This document shows, one piece after another, positions 37,719 through 47,199 of a DNA stretch of 64,000 nt. Numbering within the stretch: the stretch's first letter is position 1; every line of letters begins with the position of its first letter. Both the position numbers and the translations under genes were made by a program. Under the pieces are notes generated by a model. It worked only from the letters and a program-made list of their open reading frames with translations. It was not told where the DNA came from and ran no database searches. Location of the stretch: the NCBI GenBank assembly GCA_944371315.1, contig CALVXN010000003.1:508-64507 (forward strand), read 5' to 3'. Source of the DNA: an uncultured Bacilli bacterium (GTDB lineage: Bacteria > Bacillota_I > Bacilli_A > RF39 > UBA660).

Positions 37719-38770
37719 CCAAAACTTACATATTGTGGAATACTTCTATCATCTTCCATACTACTTAATATTTCATTTAATATATTATATATAAAAAGAT
37801 ATTTTTCATTATCTAAATTATTTTCTAATTTTTTTGAATATTCCATTATCTTTTCTTTTATAATTTGTCTTGATTCTTCATCTTCAATTAAAATTATGGT
37901 TGCTCTAATTAATAATTCTAATAAATAAACTGCATAAATGGAATTTTCATTTAATGTATCGTATTTTAAAAATAATTTAAATTTTTCAAAATGTTCTTCT
38001 AATGTATTAAGTAATATTATTCTTTTTATTTTGCTTTCCATTTCAATAGATATTTGACAAACTATTCTAGCATTATGATGCAACATAATTGGCTTTAAAA
38101 CATTATTACACCCATTAGCCAAAAAATCTTCCAAAGACTTACAACTTATAAATAAATTATCATATTTACTTTTTATTAATTTATTTTTTTCATCACCTAT
38201 TGCAATAAATGTAGTATTTTCTATCAATGTTAAATAAAGATTACTACTATCGACACCCAAAAAACTTGTTAAGTAATTTGTATATTTAGATATTTGTTTG
38301 AGAAATTCGCTTTCCTCAGCCATTTCTTCAGAACCTAATGCATTATTTTCCAATTTGTTCAAAATAAATTTATTTAATAAATGTTCTAATACTAAATCAC
38401 AATCTGATGAATCAATTATATTACACAAAAACCCTATTGGATTGCTATTATAAATCGAATCTTTAAATATACTCATAGATCTTAAATAATTTATAGCATC
38501 AACGCATTTATTTGGATTGGAAACTAATCTTTCAAATATACTTTCTTCTAATGCTAACTCACGTTTAGCACTTTCTAAAATATTTTTAAATTCTTTATTA
38601 TCTTTATTACCATCAATTTCTAACTTACACAATTTATTTATACTACTTAATAAACTAAAGCTAATGTTAACTAACATTTCAATATCTTCGCAATCACTTT
38701 TGTTAATTCCATTAAAAATCCCCCATAACTGAGGGATATTATAATACAATATTAAAATAATTACAAGCAT
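37709..38770 (-). CDS. hypothetical all-helical protein (up to 353 aa)
   Basis: Clean ORF abutting the lysS stop, with its own terminator. No motif recognised. Start uncertain (ATG 38770 or ATG 38677). Confidence 0.5.
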   Translation of the reverse strand: MLVIILILYYNIPQLWGIFNGINKSDCEDIEMLVNISFSLLSSINKLCKLEIDGNKDNKEFKNILESAKRELALEESIFERLVSNPNKCVDAINYLRSMSIFKDSIYNSNPIGFLCNIIDSSDCDLVLEHLLNKFILNKLENNALGSEEMAEESEFLKQISKYTNYLTSFLGVDSSNLYLTLIENTTFIAIGDEKNKLIKSKYDNLFISCKSLEDFLANGCNNVLKPIMLHHNARIVCQISIEMESKIKRIILLNTLEEHFEKFKLFLKYDTLNENSIYAVYLLELLIRATIILIEDEESRQIIKEKIMEYSKKLENNLDNEKYLFIYNILNEILSSMEDDRSIPQYVSFGRM

Positions 38771-40252
38771 TTAATCTCTTGGCTTCATAGTTGGAAATAA
38801 AATAACTTCACGAATGTTTTCAGATCCAGTTAAAAGCATAACAAGTCTATCAATTCCCATTCCCATTCCACCAGCTGGAGGCATACCATATTCTAATGCT
38901 TCAACGTAATCTAAATCCATTTCATTTGCTTCTTCATTACCCAAGTTTTTTTCTTTTAATTGATTTTCAAATCTTTCATATTGATCTATTGGATCATTTA
39001 ATTCAGTAAAAGCATTTGCATATTCAGATCCAGCTATAAATAGTTCAAATCTTTGAGTAAATCTTGGATCGTTAGGATCTTTTTTAGCTAAAGGACTAAT
39101 TTCAATTGGATGTCCAAACACAAAAGTAGGTTCTATTATTGTATCTTCAACATATTTTTCAAAAAAAGCATTAACTATATGTCCATAACTAAAATGTTCT
39201 TCAATTTCAATACCGTGTTCAATAGCTAGTTTTTTAGCATCATCAAAACTCATGTTTTGAAAAAAATCAATTCCAGTTTTTTCTTTTATTAAATCTACAA
39301 TATGAGCCCTTTTAAAGCCTGGTGCTAAATTAATATGATGCCCTAAAAAATCAACTTCATATGTTCCGTTTAACTCCATAGCACAATTACTAACTATTCC
39401 TTCTGTTAAATCCATCATTCCTTCTAAATCAGTAAATGCCTTATACAATTCTATTGTAGTAAATTCAGGATTATGCTTTCTATCCATACCTTCATTTCTA
39501 AAAATTCTACCGATTTCATATACTGCATCCATTCCACCAACTAAAAGTCTTTTTAAAGGGAGCTCTGTTGCAATTCTTAAATACATATCTATATTTTGAG
39601 CATTATGATGAGTAATAAATGGTCTTGCAGCAGCACCACCTAAAATTGTTCCTAATATTGGAGTTTCAACTTCAACATATCCTAAATTATCTAAATAATG
39701 TTGTATAGAACGTATAATTCTAGGTCTTGCAAAAGCAACTTTTCTAGCTTCATCATTCATTATTAAATCAACATATCTTCTTCTAAATCTTTCTTCAACA
39801 TCAACAAGACCATGAAATTTTTCAGGTAATGGTTTTAAAGACTTAACTAAATGCGTATATTTTTTACATTTTACAGTTATTTCTCCAGTTTGTGTAATCA
39901 TTAATATACCATTTATGCCTACAATATCTCCAATATCTGCATTCTTAAATAAAGAATATTCTTCTTCTCCAACATCATTTATAGAAATATAAATTTGAAT
40001 ATTTCCAAGTTTATCTTTTATAGAAAAGAAACTAGCTTTCCCCATTTTTCTAATAAACATAATTCTTCCTGCAACACTAACAGAAACATTTAAATTTTCT
40101 AATTCTTCATGAGTCATATTAGAATACTTGTTTTTTAATTCAGCTGAATAATTATTTACATCAAATTTATGTCCAAATGGATCTACGCCAAATTCTTTTA
40201 ATTTATTTAGTTTTTCTCTTCTTACTAATTCTTGTTCTGTAAACTCACGCAC
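38771..40252 (-). CDS. lysS: lysine--tRNA ligase (class II)
   Basis: LVRREKL...OB-fold...class II motifs (FRNEG, GGMGMGIDRLVML). GTG start 40252 lies 5 nt after AGGTGA. The track ATG sits inside an extended -10, TGgTAAAAT (40270-40278). Confidence 0.93.
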   Translation of the reverse strand: MREFTEQELVRREKLNKLKEFGVDPFGHKFDVNNYSAELKNKYSNMTHEELENLNVSVSVAGRIMFIRKMGKASFFSIKDKLGNIQIYISINDVGEEEYSLFKNADIGDIVGINGILMITQTGEITVKCKKYTHLVKSLKPLPEKFHGLVDVEERFRRRYVDLIMNDEARKVAFARPRIIRSIQHYLDNLGYVEVETPILGTILGGAAARPFITHHNAQNIDMYLRIATELPLKRLLVGGMDAVYEIGRIFRNEGMDRKHNPEFTTIELYKAFTDLEGMMDLTEGIVSNCAMELNGTYEVDFLGHHINLAPGFKRAHIVDLIKEKTGIDFFQNMSFDDAKKLAIEHGIEIEEHFSYGHIVNAFFEKYVEDTIIEPTFVFGHPIEISPLAKKDPNDPRFTQRFELFIAGSEYANAFTELNDPIDQYERFENQLKEKNLGNEEANEMDLDYVEALEYGMPPAGGMGMGIDRLVMLLTGSENIREVILFPTMKPRD

Positions 40253-40279
40253 TTCAATCACCTGCACATATTTTACCAT

Positions 40280-40309
40280 AAAAAAACAATCTTAGAAACC
40301 TAAGATTGT
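40280..40309 (-). terminator. terminator of the sortase-substrate gene
   Basis: Minus strand: ACAATCTTAG-gttt-CTAAGATTGT plus a T-run. Confidence 0.7.
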
Positions 40310-40317
40310 TAAAAAAA

Positions 40318-40869
40318 CTAAATTTTATACATTTTTTTGTTCTTTTTAGATACGAAGTAAATTACTGCAGCAGCACCAACTCCACATGTAAGTATAGCAA
40401 CAGGAAGTGCAGCACCAGTAGAAGGTTCATCTGGTTCTTCAACGGTCATTTCGTATTCAACACCTTCTAGTTTAAATTTACCACTACAATTTACAGCACT
40501 ATCTTCTAATTCTAAAACCAATGTTCCTAATTCAACCTTAGAAGTAGTAATCTCTTTAAGATTAGTAAATTTCATTGAGATTACATTTCCTTCTCTAGAA
40601 GATTCAACATCGAAATCATCATTTGCTGGAGTTAAACTTTTTAATGTTACCTTATCAGCATCACCAGTTAATGTAAGTGTAATGTCAGTTACCTTCAATT
40701 CAGCCAAACTAGTATTTTCTGTAACATAAATTTTACAAGTTTGTTCACATTTACCAGTATCTTCATTTCGACAACTTTTTTCACAATCCCAATCTAATTT
40801 TAATGCACTAGCACTCATTGGTAAAATTGCAAATACTCCAATAGCTAAAAAACTCAATAATTTTTTCAC
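40318..40869 (-). CDS. cell-wall-anchored surface protein with a noncanonical EPSTG sorting signal
   Basis: Signal peptide (M)KKLLSFLAIGVFAILPMSASA. Cys-rich N-terminus and a beta-rich middle. C-terminal EPSTG (nt 40414-40428), hydrophobic stretch and SKKNKK tail. GTG start 40869 lies 4 nt after GGAGAG. Confidence 0.6.
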   Translation of the reverse strand: MKKLLSFLAIGVFAILPMSASALKLDWDCEKSCRNEDTGKCEQTCKIYVTENTSLAELKVTDITLTLTGDADKVTLKSLTPANDDFDVESSREGNVISMKFTNLKEITTSKVELGTLVLELEDSAVNCSGKFKLEGVEYEMTVEEPDEPSTGAALPVAILTCGVGAAAVIYFVSKKNKKMYKI

Positions 40870-40999
40870 ACACATCTCTCCTATCTATATTATGCCTAAA
40901 TTATAACATAAAAATACAAAAAACAACATATTTTTATAAAAATTATACTAAAATGTGTAAATATGTGTTATCATATTAAAGAAAATAAAGGTGGTTTCC

Positions 41000-42580
41000 A
41001 TGAAAAAAATTGTAATAAAAATCAAAGAAAATAGCCTAATTATAAAAGAAAGAATAAAATTAACAAATGAATATAAAAATATAATTAATACAAATGTTAT
41101 AAGTTGCAATGAATTAGTATTTTCAGACGAATACATAATTAACAATAAAAAAATAGTAACAACATTTTTAAATGAAATAATAAATAATTATAATGTTAAT
41201 ACATTAATAATAGACAATAACTATTTTGCTAAAATATTTTTAGAAATAATAAAAAACAATAAAAATATAGTTAATTTATTATTAAATGAAGAAAATACCA
41301 TTACATTTTCAATATGTGAAAAAATAATGCATACTTATATTAAAAATGTAAGTTGTTATGCTATACAACCATTTATGATTGAATATTTAGATAAATACGA
41401 TATTATGGTGGAATCCAGAAATGAAATACTTTTTTTATCAAATTTTATGCTAGATAACAATTTAAATCAATTTTCAAGTTTATTTTATAAAGCCTCATTA
41501 AAAATAAATTTCCCTATGACAGATCAGGATGAACAAGATTTTATGGCATTTTGCAACATAAACAAGTATTTAAAAGTTATAAATGTAACAACAGTTAACA
41601 AAAATGATCTAGAATTTATTATTAAAACATTAAAATCAAATAACAAAAAAAACATAAAAATACTTATACATGAAAACATAACAAATGAGGAAATAATAAA
41701 TTATTTAAAAACATACAATAAAAGATATAGTAAAAAAAATAAAATTTACTTTAAGCTAAAATACAGCAATGAATATTTAAACAATAATCTTTTTAAACAA
41801 ACAAATTACTCAATATTAAAAACTTGTGGTTATCTTATAATATTAATAGTTTTATTTACTTTTGGATATGTATTTTATGATAATTATAATTCTATGCAAA
41901 AAGTATCAAATATACAAGAAGATATTAAAAAAGTAATTGAAATCAACGACTCAGAAGATATAATGAATGAACTTAACTCTAATAAAACAGAAAATGATAA
42001 AATTGTTGTTAATGAAGACATAGCAAGTTTAATCAATATAAATCCTGAGGCTGTTGGATGGTTAAAAGTAAATAATACTAATATAGATTACCCAGTTGTT
42101 CAAACAATAGACAATCAATATTATTTAAATCATAATTTTTATTTAGAAGAAGACAAAAATGGCTGGGTATTTATGGATTATAGGAATGACTCTAAATATT
42201 TGAGTGATAATATAATAATATATGCACATAATCGTTATAATAGTGGTGTTATGTTTGGAACGCTACAAAATACATTTAGATATAATTGGTATACCAACCC
42301 AGACAATCAAATCATAACATTAAAAACTTTATATGAAACATTAGAATATCAAGTTTTTTCAATTTATAAAATAGCAGTAACAACTGATTATTTAAAAACC
42401 ATATTTAAAGACGATAATGACCGTTTGGAATTTTATTCAATGTTAAAGGAAAGAAGTATATATAACTTTAATGTAGAAATAACTGGAAAAGATAAAATCA
42501 TAACGTTATCAACATGTGCGGATGAAAATAATAGATATGTTTTACATGCAGTTTTAAAAGAAGAAACTAACAAAAATTAG
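41000..42580 (+). CDS. srtB: class B sortase with a cytoplasmic N-terminal extension of about 270 aa
   Basis: The C-terminal half matches SrtB: VGWLKVNNTNIDYPVVQTIDNQYYLNHNF, IIIYAHNR (His), TLSTC (Cys codon 42515-42517), RYVLHA (Arg). The single TM segment is at aa about 275-296 of the track ORF. ATG 41000 lies 5 nt after AAAGGTGG. Confidence 0.8.
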   Translation: MKKIVIKIKENSLIIKERIKLTNEYKNIINTNVISCNELVFSDEYIINNKKIVTTFLNEIINNYNVNTLIIDNNYFAKIFLEIIKNNKNIVNLLLNEENTITFSICEKIMHTYIKNVSCYAIQPFMIEYLDKYDIMVESRNEILFLSNFMLDNNLNQFSSLFYKASLKINFPMTDQDEQDFMAFCNINKYLKVINVTTVNKNDLEFIIKTLKSNNKKNIKILIHENITNEEIINYLKTYNKRYSKKNKIYFKLKYSNEYLNNNLFKQTNYSILKTCGYLIILIVLFTFGYVFYDNYNSMQKVSNIQEDIKKVIEINDSEDIMNELNSNKTENDKIVVNEDIASLININPEAVGWLKVNNTNIDYPVVQTIDNQYYLNHNFYLEEDKNGWVFMDYRNDSKYLSDNIIIYAHNRYNSGVMFGTLQNTFRYNWYTNPDNQIITLKTLYETLEYQVFSIYKIAVTTDYLKTIFKDDNDRLEFYSMLKERSIYNFNVEITGKDKIITLSTCADENNRYVLHAVLKEETNKN

Positions 42581-42619
42581 TTTCTCCTTTTTTAATTTTT
42601 AACAAAATTTAGAAAATAA

Positions 42620-43402
42620 TTATATAACTTGTGAACTCTTCCAATGAAAATTACCATCTTCATATATAAATGTATGTTCATAAGTAATTAAAGAGTTTTT
42701 ATATGAATCAATATTTATTGAACTATTATATTTTATTTTATTATTTAATTTACTTAATTTATCGTCATTATAACAATTTAAACTATTAATATCACATTTT
42801 AAATAATAATCATATATTTTAACAGTTTGATTATTATCAGTTACAGCATATCTTAACATTTCTTTAAATACAACCTCATTATTATCTTTACTTTCATTAT
42901 TAGTATAAACATAGTAATACATTTTATTAGCATCTAACTTGAAAAAGGTATTTATATTATAAGTAAAATCAATTAAATTAAGTTTTTCATTTTTACCAAA
43001 AATAATTTTAAATACTTTTTCAAATTCTGTGATTTTTATTTTATATAACGGAGTAATACCATTTTGATTATTAATAATATTATTATTTAACAATTCATCA
43101 ATAGTAGTAATTTCCAATTCAAATTCATCATAAGTTTTTATATATTCATAAACCATAATTAATATTGAATCGTAACTTAAACTATTATAAGAAGCATAAT
43201 TACCATTATACATAGAAGTTACCTTAGAAGCATTTACATCAATTAAATAACTATATAATTTTAAAACTAATTCCTCATTAATTTCACTTGAAGAATCATT
43301 ATTTTTATTAGATTCAAAACCAAAAAATTTCACAAAACCTAGACAAATAACCACAACCAAAATAAATACTAACAAATACATTACAACTTTTCGCTTATTC
43401 AT
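42620..43402 (-). CDS. hypothetical signal-anchored protein (260 aa)
   Basis: N-terminal anchor MNKRKVVMYLLVFILVVVICLGF, extracytoplasmic remainder. No family recognised. Confidence 0.45.
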   Translation of the reverse strand: MNKRKVVMYLLVFILVVVICLGFVKFFGFESNKNNDSSSEINEELVLKLYSYLIDVNASKVTSMYNGNYASYNSLSYDSILIMVYEYIKTYDEFELEITTIDELLNNNIINNQNGITPLYKIKITEFEKVFKIIFGKNEKLNLIDFTYNINTFFKLDANKMYYYVYTNNESKDNNEVVFKEMLRYAVTDNNQTVKIYDYYLKCDINSLNCYNDDKLSKLNNKIKYNSSINIDSYKNSLITYEHTFIYEDGNFHWKSSQVI

Positions 43403-43481
43403 TTTATCATCCTCAAAAAAATTTTACCATTTAATATTAATAAAAACAACACTAAATAAAAAAAGATGCAATTAAACATCT

Positions 43482-44951
43482 TTACTGTGCAGAGGAATTA
43501 CTACAACTATATCCAAGGTCTTTATAATAAGTATTAAAAGAAGAATAAGCAATAGGAAAAGTTCCCCCAAAGTCATTATTTAATGTATCTAAACTTAAAT
43601 CAGTTGAAATTTTTAAAGTTAAATTTTTATCATCATAAAAAGCTAACCCACTTATATTATCAAAACTTATTAAATAATTTTTATCTTTAACAACTTCATT
43701 ATATTCATCTTTATCATTAAAAACATAAGTATATATTCTTCTTGAAAAACCAATATATGAAAGCCCAGCATCTACATAACCTAAAGGCAGCAAATCAGTA
43801 ACAGTTTTTGTAGCATTATAATTATTTAATTCAGTTGCTTTAGATGAACAACTTGTATAATAACGAATTTCATTATTTGAAACATATAATTCACCTTGAA
43901 CATTTACATTATTATTATATTTATCAGATACAATTAAATCGATTTTATAAGGACCACCAGCACTTGTTAAATACCCTTCAACAATATCAGAGTCTTTAAA
44001 AGAAACATTACAATCAGAAATATCTTCACAAGATTCAATAAAATCATTAGCATCTATATTAGAATTTATTTCTTTGTATACAGGTTTTAATAATACCGAA
44101 GGAGCATCTATATCATTAACCGTAATTTTACCAGTAAAAGTTTTATTATCACAAACTATTTTATATTCATAATCCCCAATTTCATTTGAATTTACATTAG
44201 GTAATACCAACTTACAACTATCTTTTTTTCCACCACTTATAGTGGCATAATCATTTATATTATCAGATAAAGTATCACCTAAATTTAATTTAACATCTTT
44301 TAAAGTTACTTTTACTGAGCTAATTTTAAGAAAATAATACACGCCAAAAGCCACTAAACATATTAACAAAATAATAATAATTACAAAAAGTGGTTTACTA
44401 ATCTTTTTCTTTTTATTATTTGAATTATTTGATGGAGGAACCATTCCAATATTTTCTACTTTATTTGGTTCTACAAATCCATTACTATTTACATTTAATG
44501 TTCCTAGCGTTTGAGCACCAACACCAACGGTATCATTAGTTAAACTACTTGCCTGATACTCATTTTCAGTTCCAGGAATAACTTGTAAAACTGGCTCATT
44601 AGAAACAACATTATTTTGTAAGTTTTGATTTAAATCACTATTTAATGACTCAACAGCACCATTTTGAACACTATTTAAATTATTATTTTGAATAGTTTGA
44701 TTTAAACCACTATCTAATGATTCAACAGAACTACTTTGATTTATATCTAAAACAGTATTTTGATTTAAATTATTCAATTCATTATTAATAGCTGTATTTT
44801 GACTTAAACCATTGGTATTTAAGTTATTTTGCAAATTACTATTAATACCATTATCCAATGTAGGAATTTGATTTCCTTCATTTAATGTTGGATTATTTTG
44901 TATTCCATTATTTAAATTATTGTTAATATTATTTGAATTTTGTCCATCCAT
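43482..44951 (-). CDS. bitopic protein: Asn/Gln-rich repetitive N-terminus, TM segment, extracellular Ig-like region
   Basis: About 170 aa of N/Q-rich sequence with a VESL(D/N)S.LNQ..QNN repeat, then KKKKISK plus a TM segment, then DIDAPSV... (Ig-like, weak recognition). Terminator hairpin overlaps the stop. Confidence 0.5.
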   Translation of the reverse strand: MDGQNSNNINNNLNNGIQNNPTLNEGNQIPTLDNGINSNLQNNLNTNGLSQNTAINNELNNLNQNTVLDINQSSSVESLDSGLNQTIQNNNLNSVQNGAVESLNSDLNQNLQNNVVSNEPVLQVIPGTENEYQASSLTNDTVGVGAQTLGTLNVNSNGFVEPNKVENIGMVPPSNNSNNKKKKISKPLFVIIIILLICLVAFGVYYFLKISSVKVTLKDVKLNLGDTLSDNINDYATISGGKKDSCKLVLPNVNSNEIGDYEYKIVCDNKTFTGKITVNDIDAPSVLLKPVYKEINSNIDANDFIESCEDISDCNVSFKDSDIVEGYLTSAGGPYKIDLIVSDKYNNNVNVQGELYVSNNEIRYYTSCSSKATELNNYNATKTVTDLLPLGYVDAGLSYIGFSRRIYTYVFNDKDEYNEVVKDKNYLISFDNISGLAFYDDKNLTLKISTDLSLDTLNNDFGGTFPIAYSSFNTYYKDLGYSCSNSSAQ

Positions 44952-44991
44952 ACTATCAGCCCCTTATTATTAACATAACTAAATTATAAAC

Positions 44992-46317
44992 TTATCCAAC
45001 ATTTTTTTCAACTAATTTTTTAAATTCATCTCCCCTATCTTCAAATTTAACATATTGATCTTGTGATCCAGATCCAGGAGATAATAACACTACATCACCA
45101 CTTAAAGCATTAGAAAAGATTTTATCCATTGCATCTTTTAAATAATAACATTTTTCACAAGGAATATTTATATTTTTAGCATATTCATATATTCTATCTG
45201 TTACAGTTCCAATTGCATATATTTTTTTTACATTTTTCATATATTCATTTAACTCATTAAAATCCTGATTCCGTTCTTGCCCCCCTAAAATTAAATGAAT
45301 AGGATTAGAAAAAGTTTTTAAAGCTGTAATTGTTGCAGTTGGATTAGTTGATTTTGAATCATTATAATACACAATACCATTTTTTTCCAAAACATATTCT
45401 AATCGATGTGTAACACCACTAAAATTTTTCAAAAAATTTTGTATTTTTTCTTTATTAATATCGAAATTTTCTAAAACTAATAAAGCCATTAAAATATTTT
45501 CATAATTATGATTTCCTTTTAACCTAATATCATTTACATTTAGGTATTTTTCATTATGCAAATAAATAAAGCCATCTTTATAATAATTTTCATCATTATT
45601 AAAATATATTTTTTTAGATAAAATATCATCAGTAATTTTTAAACTATCTAAATTACTTTTATTTATGATAGCTAAGTCATTACTAGAATGATGATTAAAA
45701 ATTCTTTTTTTAGTCCACATATAATGTTCATAATTACCATGATAATCTAAATGAGTTGGACAAATATTAGTTAAAACACTAATATTTGTTTTAAAATCAT
45801 GAATATCACATAATTGATGATCACTTATTTCAAGTAATAAAATATCGTTTTCTTTTATATCATTTATTATTGAAGATAAAGGATATCCAATATTACCACC
45901 TAAAACAACTTTTTTTCCATGCAATTTTAATAATTCATAAATTAAAGTAGTTGTAGTAGTTTTACCATTTGAACCAGTAACACCAATAATAGTTACATTT
46001 TTAGGTAAAAAATGATAAGCAATTTCTATTTCATTTTCCATTCTTAAATTCAATTCATTAACTTTTTTTACTATATCACTTGTAACCATAATTGCAGGAT
46101 TTTTAACAATCAAATCATAACTTTTATTAATTAATTCACATTGATTTTTAGTAATAACAATTTTTATGCCAAGATTTTCTAACTCACTTTTTACATTTTC
46201 TTCCAAATCATTTAAATCACTTAAAGTAATATCATTATTTCTATTAGCAAGTAACTTTGCTACTGATACCCCACTTTTAGCAGCTCCTAAAATTAAAATT
46301 TTCATATTTTCATACAT
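44992..46317 (-). CDS. murD: UDP-N-acetylmuramoylalanine--D-glutamate ligase
   Basis: ILILGAAKSG Rossmann start, GVTGSNGKTTTT P-loop, and the Mur ligase middle and C-terminal pattern. ATG 46317 lies 5 nt after GGTGA. Confidence 0.9.
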   Translation of the reverse strand: MYENMKILILGAAKSGVSVAKLLANRNNDITLSDLNDLEENVKSELENLGIKIVITKNQCELINKSYDLIVKNPAIMVTSDIVKKVNELNLRMENEIEIAYHFLPKNVTIIGVTGSNGKTTTTTLIYELLKLHGKKVVLGGNIGYPLSSIINDIKENDILLLEISDHQLCDIHDFKTNISVLTNICPTHLDYHGNYEHYMWTKKRIFNHHSSNDLAIINKSNLDSLKITDDILSKKIYFNNDENYYKDGFIYLHNEKYLNVNDIRLKGNHNYENILMALLVLENFDINKEKIQNFLKNFSGVTHRLEYVLEKNGIVYYNDSKSTNPTATITALKTFSNPIHLILGGQERNQDFNELNEYMKNVKKIYAIGTVTDRIYEYAKNINIPCEKCYYLKDAMDKIFSNALSGDVVLLSPGSGSQDQYVKFEDRGDEFKKLVEKNVG

Positions 46318-46373
46318 AAATATCACCAAAGTTATTATATTATTTAAAAAATAAAAAAGCAACCAAATTGCTT

Positions 46374-47120
46374 TTAAGATCTTTTTCTATTTAAACTTAC
46401 TATATAATCATCCTTATGCAATACACCGGGTATTAAATAAATATCAAAACCATTTTCCAAAAATTCATCTCTTTCTTCATCATTCAAAATCCAAGTATAT
46501 AAAGCAAGTATTTGAGAACTTTTAACATTTTTATTTAAGAATTCTAAATATTGATTTGCATTCATAGATAAGTAATGATAAATATTAGAAATTAAAGCAA
46601 CATCATAAGATTCCTTAGTAAACGATTTAATATTTAGTAAATCACAATTATAAAAGCTCGGTATTGGTTGATTTCGTAATAAACTTTGTAAAACATAATA
46701 AGTTTTAGAATCAAAATAAGGAATATTATTTATTTTAGCATTATCAAAGATAACATTTCTTAGTTTAATTGATGAAAAATCTCTTTTTAAACTAATAAGT
46801 TTATCAAAAAAATATTTAACTTCATCAGGCAAAAAATTTCTTAATTTGCCATATATAGCTAAATTATTTAAATTATCAATAATAAACATTTGTATAAATT
46901 CTTCATAAGATAATGTCCTAATTGCTGTAAATTTTAAAAGGAAATGCAACCAAGCTATATAATTTATATCAAATACATCTACATTTTTTGCTCCATCTAA
47001 TATTGCTTGAAAATATTGATCTCCACTTCCTAAAACAGTTAAAACATTTGCATCATTAAAATCAAAATAATTTGAAAAAACTCTTACATTTTCGTTAGTA
47101 AATCCATATACTTTTTCCAT
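46374..47120 (-). CDS. hypothetical protein, possibly a DUF3419/BtaA-like SAM-dependent methyltransferase fold
   Basis: VLTVLGSGDQYFQAILDGAKNVDVFDIN resembles a SAM-binding motif I/II arrangement. Recognition is weak. Confidence 0.4.
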   Translation of the reverse strand: MEKVYGFTNENVRVFSNYFDFNDANVLTVLGSGDQYFQAILDGAKNVDVFDINYIAWLHFLLKFTAIRTLSYEEFIQMFIIDNLNNLAIYGKLRNFLPDEVKYFFDKLISLKRDFSSIKLRNVIFDNAKINNIPYFDSKTYYVLQSLLRNQPIPSFYNCDLLNIKSFTKESYDVALISNIYHYLSMNANQYLEFLNKNVKSSQILALYTWILNDEERDEFLENGFDIYLIPGVLHKDDYIVSLNRKRS

Positions 47121-47172
47121 AAAACCCCTCTTTTTTTAAAAAATATTTTATCACAAATTAAATTTAAGTCAA

Positions 47173-47199
47173 CAAAAAAGATTGCAAAACTGCAATCTT
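47173..47199 (-). terminator. rpoC terminator
   Basis: Minus strand: AAGATTGCA-gttt-TGCAATCTT plus a T-run. Confidence 0.75.

Noticed and set aside
40253-40317. T-box or lysine riboswitch leader upstream of lysS
   Set aside because: Only about 65 nt separate lysS from the upstream gene, and they are filled by a terminator and an extended -10 box. There is no room for a leader of about 200 nt.
40948-41145. 65-aa minus-strand ORF overlapping the sortase 5' end
   Set aside because: It is antisense to the sortase start region, with a hydrophobic low-complexity product and no SD.
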